From the IMG/VR virus record IMGVR_UViG_2721755498_000004: 55,363 nucleotides of DNA; one strand, given 5' to 3'. The notes under the pieces were generated by a model. It did no database searches, had not been told where the DNA came from, and saw only the letters and a list, made by a program, of their open reading frames with translations. Every line of letters starts with the position of its first letter. Positions within the stretch are counted from its first letter, which is position 1. Made by a program: the position numbers and the translations under genes. This stretch comes from a virus. Lineage: Duplodnaviria > Heunggongvirae > Uroviricota > Caudoviricetes. Positions 1 through 16,276 of this stretch are shown here, piece by piece.

Positions 1-234
1 ATGAAATCAAAAGACACCCTAAAGTGGTTCCCTGCGCAGCTTCCTGAAGTAAGAATTATCCTAGGGGATGCTGTAGTGGAAGTAGCAAAACAGGGAAGAC
101 CTATCAATACCAGAACATTGCTTGATTACATTGAAGGAAACATAAAGAAAAAATCATGGCTGGATAACAAAGAATTATTACAAACAGCGATATCAGTTCT
201 TAAAGACAACCAAAATTTAAATGGTAAAATGTAA
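1..234 (+). CDS. ynaE: small prophage protein, YnaE/YdfK family (77 aa)
   Basis: Complete 77-aa ORF starting at base 1; sits outboard of pin as in the K-12 Rac order ynaE-pinR-tfaR-stfR. Assigned by synteny and size, not alignment. Confidence 0.5.
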   Translation: MKSKDTLKWFPAQLPEVRIILGDAVVEVAKQGRPINTRTLLDYIEGNIKKKSWLDNKELLQTAISVLKDNQNLNGKM

Positions 235-550
235 TATAATAAACTTACTTTTTTATCATTTTTCCACTTTAACAACATTTTGCTCCACTTTTCCACGACC
301 AAACAACTTGAAATCTGGTTAAAATAACACGCAACACTATTCTTCTTCCTTGAGTCCGCCCGGAACTCGAAAAACAAACCGAGTTAAAGCCATTTTTCAC
401 AAAATCGATTTTGGGTCTCACCAAAATTACGGGGTTGCATACGCATTCGTTTATTTTCGAACGTGTACATACAAATATGCACAAAAATAATCAAAATTAT
501 TTTCTGAGATGCATTATGATATGAACACCAATTTCGTATAGAGTCTCACT

Positions 551-1141
551 ATGTCTCGAATTTTTGCTTACTGTCGGATATCAACGCTGGATCAGACCAC
601 CGAAAATCAACGCCGGGAAATCGAAAGTGCAGGTTTTAAAATCAAACCTCAGCAAATAATCGAAGAACACATTAGCGGCTCAGCAGCAACCAGTGAGCGT
701 CCTGGTTTTAACCGGTTGCTTGCTCGCCTGAAATGTGGTGATCAATTGATTGTGACAAAACTGGATCGCCTTGGTTGTAATGCAATGGATATCAGGAAAA
801 CAGTGGAACAACTGACCGAAACAGGTATCAGAGTGCATTGCTTAGCATTGGGGGGCATTGACCTGACCAGTCCAACAGGAAAAATGATGATGCAAGTAAT
901 TTCAGCAGTCGCTGAATTTGAACGAGACCTTTTACTTGAACGCACTCATTCCGGGATAGTAAGAGCCCGGGGCGCAGGGAAACGTTTTGGTCGACCACCT
1001 GTGTTAAATGAAGAACAGAAACAGGTGGTATTCGAACGAATTAAGTCAGGTGTAAGTATAAGTGCCATTGCCCGGGAATTCAAAACCTCGCGGCAAACCA
1101 TTTTAAGAGCCAAAGCAAAACTTCAGACACCTGACATATAA
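551..1141 (+). CDS. pinR: serine recombinase / DNA invertase (Pin/Hin/Gin family)
   Basis: 196 aa; N-terminal catalytic motif YCRISTLDQ and C-terminal HTH typical of Hin-family invertases; adjacent to tfa/stf; size matches PinR. Confidence 0.9.
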
Positions 1142-1238
1142 AAAATAATCTCGGTGTGAGATGCTTTACGTCTTCCAAGCCACCTTCCTTGCCGTAAATG
1201 GAAAGATACATCTAATTATAGAATTTATATGTTTTACC

Positions 1239-1814
1239 CTACGGCAGTGCTGGCCATTCAATATCCTGTGCAGTTGACGTATCAACACGGTTCAGCAATA
1301 CCCGATACTTTTTCCATGCTTCCAGCAACGAGATTTCTTCCTCCGTTGCAATTTCCAGATCTGCAGCATCCTGAAGCGGCGCAATATGCTCACTGGCTAC
1401 CTGCATCAGGCTGTTTTTTGTTTCTTCCGCCTCCCGGATCCGGAACAGTTTTTCTGCTTCCGTATCCTTCACCCAGGCTGTGCCGTTCCACTTCTGATAT
1501 TCCCCTCCCGGCGATAACCAGGTAACATTTTCCGGTAACGGACCGAGTTCAGAAATAAATAACGCGTCGCCGGAAGCCACGTCATAAACCGTTTTACCCC
1601 GATGATCTTCAACGAGATGCCACGATGCCTCATCACTGTTGAAAACAGCCACGAAGCCTGCCGGAATATCTGGCGGTGCAATATCGATACTGTTTGCTGG
1701 CAGACCTGTATGAGGCGGAATATATGCGTCACCTTCACCAATAAATTCATTAGTTCCGGCCAGCAGATTATAAATTTTTATGGTCCGTGGTTGTTCACTC
1801 ATTCTGAATGCCAT
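1239..1814 (-). CDS. tfaR: tail fibre assembly protein (Tfa)
   Basis: 191 aa, immediately downstream of the side-tail-fibre C-terminus on the same strand (ATGA overlap at 1814); size and position match TfaR. Confidence 0.85.
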   Translation of the reverse strand: MAFRMSEQPRTIKIYNLLAGTNEFIGEGDAYIPPHTGLPANSIDIAPPDIPAGFVAVFNSDEASWHLVEDHRGKTVYDVASGDALFISELGPLPENVTWLSPGGEYQKWNGTAWVKDTEAEKLFRIREAEETKNSLMQVASEHIAPLQDAADLEIATEEEISLLEAWKKYRVLLNRVDTSTAQDIEWPALP

Positions 1815-4800
1815 TATGCAAGCCTCACAATATAGTTAAATGCGATGTTTTTGACGGTGTTTTCCGCGTTACCAGCAGCGTTAACGGTGATGGTATGTCC
1901 ATGTGAACCAATCGCAACGGAGTGCGTATGAGCACCAATACCGACAGTATGTGCGTGTGCACCTGCGCTTGCAGCAGTACCCGATACAGAGTGCGTATGA
2001 GCGCCTGCAGAAGAAGTGTTAACACTGTATTTAGAATAATCAGATGCTCCACTTCCCGGAGCACCACTGGAACCACCTGAAACAAATGTCATCGAATGGG
2101 TATGTGCACCGGCTGAAGCAGCCGTACCGCTAACACTATGGGTATGCGCACCAGTGTTATTCGTGGATTTAGTGCCGTAATCAAACGACGATGTGGTTTT
2201 CGTCCCCAAATCCGTACTGGATACGCTGGCGCTGTGGGTGTGTGATTTAATGCCGTCCTGTTCCTGAGACAATACGGCCCGACCACTGGCGGGCTTGCCC
2301 TTAATCATCCAGCCACGCATATCAGGGATCACCCCTGACGGATAAGCCGCTGCAAGTTTCGGGTAAGCAGATTTGTCAAAAGTCTGCCCCTGCATCAGGG
2401 CATAACCAGACGGAACGGTATCTGATGGCCACGGGATTGGTGCGCCAACTGGGTAGCTTTCTGGTGGAAGATTTTTCGAGGTATAAACTTCTGCCCAGCC
2501 TTCCTCAAAACCATAGCCATCTCTTGAGGAACGGTAGAACAGACCTCCATTTCTGTAATGCGCCTTCATCTGCAGGGTCCGGCAACTTCCGACTCCGGTA
2601 TAGAAGTTAACCAGAATATAGGTGTCGCCAGAGCGGGTGACATTGTAAGCGCCTGATTCGGCATTCCAGGGAACGCCACCATCCGCATCGGCATATGTAT
2701 CCGTTGCCCTTCTGGCAAAAGCAGCCACATGCGCGGCGGTTAAAGTAATATCTCTGGAACCATCAAACTCAACACCAGAAACCAGTCTTGGCGTTTGCAG
2801 CTTTGTTGCTGTTCAATGCATTACCGTTCAGACTTGCGGACAGTTTGGTTCCAATAACCAGTTCGCCGGTTGCGTTATCAATAGCAAACGGTCTTAATGT
2901 ATTCCAGCCACCATAAACATCACCTTGATTGGTAAGCAGCAGGTAAGTTTTAGCGCCATCATTACGCCATAATGCACCATACTCCCCACCTATCATTCGA
3001 ATCTGATTACCACCACGCGCTACAATTTCGTCTGTGGCAAAAAGTTTTTTGCACGACAAGTTATCGTTAACGATTAACGAATGGGACTCATAAAAACCAC
3101 GCCCACTCTTAAAATCAAGGATAACGTCCGCCGCGATACATTCAGTCGCCGGATTTGTTGCCCCAAACTTATAGGTCGTATCATTAACAACGAGATCAGC
3201 ACCAGGTGCGGATATTGACAGGCCATCTTCGATGAACGCAAAAACAGGGAAAGCAGCGCCATCAACATAGAACACAGAGCGCAAATCATCGCCCTTATTA
3301 CTCATCATTATTGAGTGGATGGCTCGTTCATTGTTTTGATATTGCCAGAACATTCCATAAGCATAACGCCCCCTGTCAGTCCAGCCACCAGGCATAACAA
3401 ATCCGTTAAACTCGCAGTTATTCATCGGATCGTCTGCGGTTCGCGTTGCCGTGGTGATAATGACCCTTGATGCCAGTTCGCTTACTGAGCCAGCAGAACG
3501 CATAACAACAACAGGGTAATATTTTCCAGATGTTGCACCTGCAGGAGCGTTAACCCGCACATAACGCATACCACGCTTATCAGCAAAGTCTGTTTTACTG
3601 ACCGCGTTAATGTTGTTCAGGAAGCGTCCCTTATCGGGTATATCAGCGCCGTTCTGGTCTTTCTGCAGACGTTTCTCTGCATTGTCATAGGCTGCTTTTA
3701 CTGCCTTTGGCGTTGCCGCCAGCGTTTCAGACGTGCTGTTGGTCGCACTGCTGAGCTGTACTATCCCCTTTTTCGTCGTACTTGCATCCTCAAGCGCCAC
3801 GGCGGATGCAATATCCTCTGCCCGTTTTGCCGCTGTCTCGGCGCGCGTTGCCGCGGATTCCGCCGTACTTTTGCTCTGTGCTGCCGCCGTCGCACTGCCA
3901 GCTGCCTCTGTCGCCTTCGTGGATGCTGTCGTGGCGCTGCCCTTCGCTGCGGACGCTTGTCTGGTCGCCTCATCTTTTGAAGCAGACGCCGATGATGCCG
4001 ATGACGCCGCCGAACTGGCGGACGATGCGGCAGCCGTTTTTGAGGATTCTGCGCTGGTTTCCGACGCTTTCGCGTTCGTCTCGGATGTCTTCGCTGCGGA
4101 AGCAGACCTCGCTGCTGCGCTGGCCTGTTCAGTGGCTTCGCCAGCCTTCGTTGTGGCTGTTGAAGCAGACGATGCGGCACTTTCTGCCGATTTTCCGGCG
4201 GCGGTGGCACTGGCTGAGGCCTGCCCGGCACTTGTTGACGCTGCACTGGCAGACGACGCAGCCGCTGTTTTTGAGCCTGCCGCAGCCGAGGCGCTCTGTC
4301 CCGCTGCCGTTTCAGAAGACCTGGCGTTCGTCTCTGACGTTTTTGCCGCCTTCGCGGAATTTCCTGCCGCTGTTGCCGAGGAAGCTGCGCTACTGGCGCT
4401 CGAGGATGCGTTCGTTTCTGATGATTTTGCCGCCTCTTTTGAAGCCGCCGCATCCCGGGCTGAGGTGGCAGCTTCTGACGCTTTCGTAGTCGCGGTGGAT
4501 GCAGAAGTGGCTGCTGATTGTTGTGACGCTGCAGCATTCGTTTCTGACGTTTTCGCGGCACTGGCACTGGTAGCTGCCGCGCTTTTTGAGGACTCTGCAG
4601 CGGCAGCACTTTTTGATGCTTCAGTGGCCTTTGTTGATGCCGTTCCTGCGCTGGAAGTCGCTGACTGAGCCGACGACGCGGCCTGTCCGGCTGACGTGCT
4701 GGCTGCGCGTGCTGAGCCTGCAGCATCAGTCGCATGGGTTGCCGCCTCACGGGCTGATGTGCTGGCATCACTGGCTGACTTCTTCGCGGCTGCCGTGTTC

Positions 4801-5165
4801 TGTGCCACCACGGACGCGTTACGCGCCACCTCTTCCACCATCAGCTCAAAACGGCGCAGTGCCTCCGGACGGGCATCATCCTCCGTCATGGCACCGAGAA
4901 AATCATTCAGCGTACCGGGTCGGGAATCTTCATACACGGTGATGGTCCCGGCATGTGACGGCGGGAATCCTTCCACCAACAGAATAACGCTGTACTGACC
5001 GTACTCAACGTCCATGCTGTAACGCCCGGCTTCATCCGGATTTTCTGAGGCCAGCGTGTTCACCACCACCGCGGTGCTGTTACGTTTTGCTTTCAGCTGG
5101 ATTGTGCAGTTCTGTACCGGTTTTCCTGTGCCGTCTTTCAGTACACCTGAAATCTTTACTGCCAT
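1814..5165 (-). pseudogene. stfR: side tail fibre protein Stf, split into two ORFs by a frameshift
   Basis: ORF 2769..5171 (ATG at 5165, MAVKISGVLKDGTGKPVQ as in lambda Stf, long Ala/Ser/Thr-rich repeat core) and ORF 1814..2728 (Gly/His-rich distal part, frame open upstream to 2812) overlap in different frames between 2769 and 2812. Together about 1120 codons, the recalled StfR length. Confidence 0.7.
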
Positions 5166-5175
5166 ATTCACCCCA

Positions 5176-5203
5176 CAAAAAAGCCCGCCTGAACCGGCGG
5201 GCT
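5176..5203 (-). terminator. rho-independent terminator candidate between lom and stf
   Basis: GC-rich 8-bp stem agcccgcc/ggcgggct with 6-nt loop, followed on the minus strand by a run of 6 T. Hand-read. Confidence 0.5.
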
Positions 5204-5229
5204 GTCATAACACTGTGTTACCTGGCTAA

Positions 5230-5829
5230 TCAGAATTTATAACCAACACCAACGATGAACCCGTCAGTGCGCCAGTCGCCACTGCCGGAGCCTTCATAAG
5301 CGACATCAATGGCCACGGATTCGGTCGGGTTAAACTGCACGCCAGCCCCCCACGCCAGAGACGTGTTGCTGTGGCGACCGTCATCACTTCCGGTCAGCAC
5401 ATCGTGCTTTTTCCCCTTGTTGTCAGTTACGCGGAGATAATCCCCGGAGAAAGTCGACACACGGCTGTAAGCCACACCCGCCATCGCATACGCGCTGAAC
5501 CATTCATTCACGCGTACAGACGGCCCCGCCATCACGCTGAACCAGCGGTTACGAACGGAATCTTCATGCCAGCGGGTATCGCTGTAACGGGTAATCTGGC
5601 GATTCTTGTCTCCTGCATAGCTGAACGACGTCACCATCCCCAGTGTGTCCGTAAACTCATAACGGTATTTCACGTTAATCCCGTTCAGATCATCACTGCC
5701 GGGAACGTTCGTCCGGGCATGAAGATACCCCGCGCTCAGCGTGGACTGATGTTCAGACGCCCATGCAGGCGCACCGGATACGGCCAGACAAATGGCTGCG
5801 GACAAAATGGCGGCATAAAGTTTACGCAT
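5230..5829 (-). CDS. lomR: Lom/Ail-family outer-membrane beta-barrel protein
   Basis: 199 aa with signal peptide ([24 protein letters not shown]), aromatic-rich barrel strands and C-terminal GYKF; sits between J and stf as lom does in lambda. Confidence 0.85.
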   Translation of the reverse strand: MRKLYAAILSAAICLAVSGAPAWASEHQSTLSAGYLHARTNVPGSDDLNGINVKYRYEFTDTLGMVTSFSYAGDKNRQITRYSDTRWHEDSVRNRWFSVMAGPSVRVNEWFSAYAMAGVAYSRVSTFSGDYLRVTDNKGKKHDVLTGSDDGRHSNTSLAWGAGVQFNPTESVAIDVAYEGSGSGDWRTDGFIVGVGYKF

Positions 5830-5851
5830 AATTACCTCTCGCTTTTCTGCA

Positions 5852-5877
5852 ATAAAAAAGGCGTCATTTCTGACGCC
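5852..5877 (-). terminator. rho-independent terminator candidate between J and lom
   Basis: Stem ggcgtca/tgacgcc with tttc loop, followed on the minus strand by a T-run (plus-strand aaaaaa at 5853-5859). Confidence 0.5.
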
Positions 5878-5895
5878 CGTTCTGGGTTATAAAAT

Positions 5896-9295
<3,400 letters not shown>

Positions 9296-9355
9296 TCGTC
9301 ATGCTCCATAAACGATAAAACCGCCCGGAGGCGGTTTCACATAAAACGTTTTTCA

Positions 9356-10003
9356 TCAGCGACCAATCACCACAACCTGACCACCATCCCCTTCGTCTGC
9401 CGTGCTGATCTCCTGAGAGACCACCCGCGACCCCACGCGCATTTCACCGTACAGAACGGGCAGAACATTGCCCTGGGCAACCATGTTATCCAGTGACGAG
9501 AAATACGTGTTCTGTTTGCCGTTATCTGTACTGGCTGCCGTGGGCGTCGTGGCTTTCGGTGCCAACATCTGCGCCACACCGCCCAGGATCATACTGGCCC
9601 CTGCCGCATACATACCCGATACAGCCGTGGCCCCCAGCCAGCCCACAGGGTTCCACCATGCAACCGCAATCAGCGCCGCCCCCAGCACTGCCTGAAAAAT
9701 ACCGCCACTTTTAGCACCCGCCGGACGCGGTACGATGTGGATCACGGCACCATTTTCCAGCGGCTCATTAAGACGGGCAGACAATTCAGTTTCACCTGCA
9801 TCACGCCCGGCAATGCGTACCTGGTACCAGCCGTCGCTCAGTTTCTGACGAAATGCCGGGATCTGCATGGCCAGCGCCCGGATGGCTTCGGACCCCGTTT
9901 TCACTCGAAGGTCGATGCGGCGGCCAAATCGTTGTAAATCCCCGTAAAGGCAGATGCGTGCCATGCCCGGTGACGCCAGAGGGAGTGTGTGCGTCGCTGC
10001 CAT
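9356..10003 (-). CDS. tail assembly protein, lambda gpI-like
   Basis: 215 aa in the lambda I position between K and J; C-terminal hydrophobic/Gly-rich segment. Assigned mainly by synteny. Confidence 0.65.
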   Translation of the reverse strand: MAATHTLPLASPGMARICLYGDLQRFGRRIDLRVKTGSEAIRALAMQIPAFRQKLSDGWYQVRIAGRDAGETELSARLNEPLENGAVIHIVPRPAGAKSGGIFQAVLGAALIAVAWWNPVGWLGATAVSGMYAAGASMILGGVAQMLAPKATTPTAASTDNGKQNTYFSSLDNMVAQGNVLPVLYGEMRVGSRVVSQEISTADEGDGGQVVVIGR

Positions 10004-10644
10004 TTGTCGGTGTACCTCTCTCGTTTGCTCAGTTGTTCAGGAATATGGTGCAGCAGCTCGCTGTCACCACAGTAAATGGCGGCATGATTCGGCACCGATG
10101 AACCAAAACAGCACAGCAGCACATCGCCCGGCTGCGCCGCTGACAACGGCACCTGATACAGCCCTGTGGCCTCCAGATTATCCAGATAGAGATTCTGACC
10201 GTTACGCCACCAGTTATCCCCGCGATGAAAATCCGGCATCTCAATTCCCGCCAGATGGTAAGCGTCCCGGAACAGCGTGTAACAGTCCGTCACCCCGTGC
10301 TCAAAGCGCCGCCCGGTGAGATGCGGCACACAGCGGAATTTATGAATCGCCCCCCGGCAGACCAGCCACCACGGCAAATCACTCTGTACCTGCAGCCGCC
10401 GGTCGGCCTCACTCAGCCAGGGCAGACCACCGGGGTGGCTGTGGACCAGCGCCACAATCTCTCCCTGCATTTCTGCACTCAGCCAGTCCTCCGGCGACAT
10501 CCGGAAATACGCCTCCGGCTCACCGGAGATATTCACGCAGGGAAAATATCTTTCCTCCTCCGGCGTTCTCACCACGAAGCCGCACGACTCCGCTGGCGCA
10601 CATCGCCGGGCGTGCGCCAGAATCGCTGATTCTGTCTCTGTCAT
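9901..10644 (-). CDS. tail assembly protein, lambda gpK-like (MPN/JAB + NlpC/P60-like)
   Basis: 247 aa; HSHP metalloprotease-like motif and a Cys/His hydrolase-like C-terminal half; position between L and I. Confidence 0.7.
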   Translation of the reverse strand: MTETESAILAHARRCAPAESCGFVVRTPEEERYFPCVNISGEPEAYFRMSPEDWLSAEMQGEIVALVHSHPGGLPWLSEADRRLQVQSDLPWWLVCRGAIHKFRCVPHLTGRRFEHGVTDCYTLFRDAYHLAGIEMPDFHRGDNWWRNGQNLYLDNLEATGLYQVPLSAAQPGDVLLCCFGSSVPNHAAIYCGDSELLHHIPEQLSKRERYTDKWQRRTHSLWRHRAWHASAFTGIYNDLAAASTFE

Positions 10645-10649
10645 GGGAT

Positions 10650-11348
10650 TTACTGCGAAAGTTTGTTAATGGAAAGGAAGCTGCCAAAGTTGCCGACATT
10701 ATTGCGAAACTTACAGCCACTCAGGCATTTGCTGCATTTATCCTTCGTGATATCGGACGTCGGCTGGTCATATTCATCCGCGACCGCCGGACCGCTATAA
10801 CCGCACTCATCGCCGCGATAGGTCCAGGTGCAGGTGTTGGCCAGCATGATACGTCCCGGAAAAACAGCGCCATCCGTTTCAGTCGGCGTGGACAGTACAA
10901 AAGAGGCACTGACCGCGCTCAGTTCGCTGCACTGCTCGATGCGCCAGCGGCTGATCACCTCCTGCTCCGGATCGGCTTCGCTGTTTCCGTTGACGAAGTT
11001 CACCGCATCCAGAAAGCGGGCGTAAACCTTACGCCGGACCACCGTTCCGCCGACCAGACTCTGCAGATCTTCCGCCATCCCGGTGATCATGCCGTGCAGG
11101 TTAGAGACCGTCAGTGTCGGACGGGCAGCACTGCCCTTGCCGTTCATCTCAAATCCACTCCCCTGAATGGGATAGGCCTGATACTGCCGACTCTGCCAGG
11201 TGACAGACTCACCTTTTTCGTTCTGCTCATTACAGAAAAAGTAGCGATCCCCGCCTACCTCGGTCAGGTCGATTTCCCAGAGCACCACGCTGGCCGACTG
11301 CTCCGCACGGGTGCATTCATTCAGCGTTTCCTGTTGTATGTCCTGCAT
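10650..11348 (-). CDS. L: tail tip assembly protein, lambda gpL-like
   Basis: 232 aa (same length as lambda L); C-terminal Cys cluster (CSKCLSGCKF); position between M and K. Confidence 0.8.
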   Translation of the reverse strand: MQDIQQETLNECTRAEQSASVVLWEIDLTEVGGDRYFFCNEQNEKGESVTWQSRQYQAYPIQGSGFEMNGKGSAARPTLTVSNLHGMITGMAEDLQSLVGGTVVRRKVYARFLDAVNFVNGNSEADPEQEVISRWRIEQCSELSAVSASFVLSTPTETDGAVFPGRIMLANTCTWTYRGDECGYSGPAVADEYDQPTSDITKDKCSKCLSGCKFRNNVGNFGSFLSINKLSQ

Positions 11349-11686
11349 CAGATCACCACTTCGTCAAACTGACACGAAAAATCGGTATAGGTGATATGTT
11401 CTGTCGCTGACCACGTTCGACACACCACTCTGATTTTTCTGTTAATACCCGGCGGGCGCCAAAAAAAAGATTTATAGCCTTCATGCCGGGCTAAAAATTT
11501 TTCAAATGAATCACGTTCATTCGCCTCAACTTTGAAATCACAGGTGAAAACGCGCAGAGAATGATTAAGTCCATTTGGACTTCGTTGCTCATAACCATCG
11601 CCAAATCTTACAGTTTTTATCGATGGTTTATTTTCTGTTTTCATTCCATCCTCTGGTAACCAGTGAAATTCTTCCGTATTAGCCAC
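11348..11686 (-). CDS. M: minor tail protein, lambda gpM-like
   Basis: 112 aa; conserved VRFGDGYEQR and FxxFLxxHxGxKSFxWxPP-type motifs recalled from lambda M; follows the tape-measure gene. Confidence 0.8.
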   Translation of the reverse strand: MANTEEFHWLPEDGMKTENKPSIKTVRFGDGYEQRSPNGLNHSLRVFTCDFKVEANERDSFEKFLARHEGYKSFFWRPPGINRKIRVVCRTWSATEHITYTDFSCQFDEVVI

Positions 11687-13027
11687 TTAACATTCCCCCA
11701 TCACGTCGCATATTTAACAGATTGCCCTGCACCCGCTGATCAACCATCCCCATAAGTGCTTTTATTGCCTGAGGGCCAATCTCTCCATTCTGGCCGTCAT
11801 TTTGAATAGTGATTTGGTATACAGGGGCATAGGTAATATCTCCGCCTCCATTACCACTTTTACTATTAATAGCTCTGACACCAAGAGAACCATCGGAAGT
11901 TCGTGTTAATGGCATAATGGCTTCCGGACCAGCCTCACCAAAAACACCAGCCCCTCTTGCAAAAGCAAAAAATTGCGGGGAATCATAAATACCGTTCGAA
12001 TACGTGTTCAATGACGGAGACTCATAAACACCGCCCTTTGCATTCGGAATAAATTTACTAATAGCACTCCCGATAGTTCCTAAAATCCCCCCAGAAGAAC
12101 TGTTACTAATGCTGTCGAAAATCCCAGTAATTGAAGCCTTTAATGCTATTCGACTAAGATCCGAAATCACGGAAGTAGCGAAAGAACGAAAATTTGCCTT
12201 GCCTGTCGTGACAAAATCACCCAGCGCATCGGTCATTCCATCAAACATCTGAGTCGTGGTTGATTTTATCTGCTCACTGATATCCTTAGTGTCATCCAGC
12301 CAGTTATTGAATCCCTGGGAGGCACCACTAACCCAGTCTCCTGCCTGAATATCGAGCTGCTCGTTTTTCTGTCTGACAATTTCTTTTTCTCGTTCCAGAG
12401 CATCATTCAGAGCCTGCATTTTCTCCTGAAAAACATGATTTGACATCCCACGGGATTTATCTGCATAGTCACGTTCAAGTTGCAGACGCTGATTGTTATA
12501 TTCACGTTCAATCCGCAGTAATTCCTGCTGGCGTTGCTGATTTTTATCGCCAACCCCATAACCAGCAATCTGAATATCATACCCCTGTTGACGATTATCA
12601 ATCGAAGCCTGCAATGAATCACGCCATGCAGCTATTTCGGCGGATTCCTTGATTAGCCTGTTATTTTTTTCAATCGCAACATTTTTCTCCATCAACGCGG
12701 TTATTTCTTCCCGGTGTAAGAGAAGCGATTTCTGATCCTGGGTTAATTTCGATGACGGTCGTGACTCCAGGTCGGCAATCTGCTGACGCCACTTAACCAG
12801 TTCCTGTTCAGAGGAACTTAATTTAACGGTTAATTCAGTTTGTGAACTTAGTAACGCACTCTGTTGATTCAGATGATCAATCATTCGTTGGGCAGCATCA
12901 TCCGAATAACCTTTCGCCTTTGGTTGCTTTGGATCTTTATAACGCTCATTTATTTGAGCGATAAAATTATTATATTCTTCCTTTGAATACTGACTCTTTA
13001 GCTTTTCCAGTTTTGCAAGTTCACTAG
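11679..13027 (-). pseudogene. tail tape-measure protein H, C-terminal fragment (gene split by IS5)
   Basis: Reading frame enters from the IS5 left end. With the IS and one CTAG copy removed the frame joins the upstream fragment exactly (..EQQRA|SELAKLEK..). Confidence 0.8.
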
Positions 13028-14222
<1,195 letters not shown>

Positions 14223-16111
14223 CTAGCTCTCTGCTGCTCCCGGGTCTGATATTGTTTTGAAAAGGCATCTGCTCTCTGTCTGAGTTCAATTCCTTCCTGT
14301 TGTCGCTTGTTGTAATCGTTTATTGATGAATTTAGGACGTCCTGAGCAATTTTTTCTGCTTGAAGTACGCCCAATTGCTGCTTTAATCGTGCCAGCCTTT
14401 TATTTTGAGCTCCGCCATCTCCAATGCCACCTAACCCGAAAACTCCGGGTCGGGTATTTTTTTCTATTTCATCAATTTGACGGAGAACATCTGAGATTTT
14501 TTGATCAAGGGAGGCCTCACGGCCAATGTCCAGCATGGAATCCCATGCCCATTTTGCGGAGTCTGCGACAGCTTTCCATGCAGTCTCAAGATAACCAAGA
14601 TTTTCTTTAATCTGGTTGGTGCGCTGGATCATTGAGGATGAGTATGCTTCTGTCGCAATGCGGGCGGCCTCCTGCTGGTTCCCTTCATCCTGTAGCGCCT
14701 TAATCTGGTTATAAGTCGCAATTGTCAGAAAATGGTACTGATCATTAAGTTTTGATATGGCACTGACAGGATCCTTTGCAATTTCATTGAAGTCATTAAC
14801 CAGTTGTTCGGTTGATATTCCTGTTACTTCGCTCGTTTTTACTATCGCTGTCGTCACTTGCTCCAGCGAACTGCTCGCTACCTTTCCCGAACGCACAAGC
14901 TGGTTTAATACTGCCGCCGCAGCGCCAGTTGTCGAATCAGCCGCATTCCCGGCACGTTGAGCTATATCGGCCAATTGCCCGCTGGTTGTCCCCAACTGAT
15001 TTCCGGTAAGAATAAGAGATTTATTAAATTCGTCCTGCTCCTGAGAGCCTTTATAGTAAGCCAGTCCTAAGACCCCAACGGCTGCTGCGGCCAGGGTAAA
15101 AGGATTAATTAATCCCAGCACATAAGAACCTACACCTTTGATCGCCGGGCCAATCCCACCGAACATATCTTTTAGCTGGCCGCCCTGCTGCATTAACACC
15201 ATAAATGGCGACTGACCAGTGGACAACCCAACAACAATATCCGTCATTTGTGCAGGCAACATGCGCATAGCAAAAGCCGTTTGTTTTGCCGACATTCCGG
15301 TTTTGCTTAATTGTGATTGAGTAACCTCAAGCTCACTCCGCATAGCACGAAGTTTTCCAGAAAGCTCCTCATACATTTCAGGAGAAAGCATCCCCTTAGC
15401 TTTTGCTTCATTGAGCTGTTTCTGTTGTTCTACCAGACGATTAAAAGCAGTTCCGACAGGATCAAGTTGAGCAATCAGACGTTGCAAAGCAACAACCTGT
15501 TCATCATGCGCTTTTGCTGCTTCTCGCTCTGCCTGAGCCTCTCCGGTAAGCTCTCGCCGTGTTTCCTGTATTTTTCGGCTATAATTCTCAAACTGAGAAC
15601 CATTTATTTTCCCGGATGCAAACGCAGCATTAAGTTCATCATGCTGTTGTTCAAGATTTCTTAGCGCCGCAGCCAGAGGGTCGATCTTGTCCAGCATTCT
15701 TTGAAAGGCCTGAGCCTGCGCTTCCTGCTGGGCGGCAGCAAGTTTTCCGGCCTTCTCGGCTTCTCTCTGCGCTTGCGCAACCCCGCTCAATTCCTCTGTG
15801 GTTTCATTAAGTTTACGGACAAGAAATTCATATTCTTCTTTATCAATAAGCCCTTTATCGAAAAATTTCTTTAATTCAGAATAGCGTCGACCGACAGTAT
15901 CAATTGCGGCACCAACTGGATCAATAGCTGCTTTTAATTTTGCGAGCGCGTTCTTCTCATCTTCTGTTGCCTTAGTCACTTTCCCTGCGCTATTTGCAGC
16001 AGTTTCCCCAGCCTGCGTCATTTTGACTAATGAGGAGGTCAGATTGTCAGCATTATTTTTCGCTCCAGTGCTATCAATAATTATTGCGAGACGCGAGGTT
16101 TGCTCTGCCAT
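14223..16111 (-). pseudogene. tail tape-measure protein H, N-terminal fragment (gene split by IS5)
   Basis: Long coiled-coil-rich ORF directly downstream of G/T; the annotated ORF runs 69 codons into IS5 before stopping at 14015. Confidence 0.8.
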
Positions 16112-16276
16112 TTATTAAAACTCCTGACAACAAAAAAACCACCGCGAAGTGGGTTTCAGGCGACATAATAGTAGATATAGCGATTACGAGGCCACGCAAT
16201 GCTTTTCTCCAGGAGCATCATCGATTTAATTAAAGACACCATCACATCTCTGTAACAGAGTGTACGTAATTAACAA

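Noticed and set aside
3733-4771. Three long ORFs (311, 336, 235 aa) in alternative frames and strands inside stf
   Set aside because: They coincide with the Ala/Ser/Thr-rich repeat core of the tail fibre and translate to low-complexity poly-Ala/Arg/Pro strings; artefacts of repetitive GC-rich codons.
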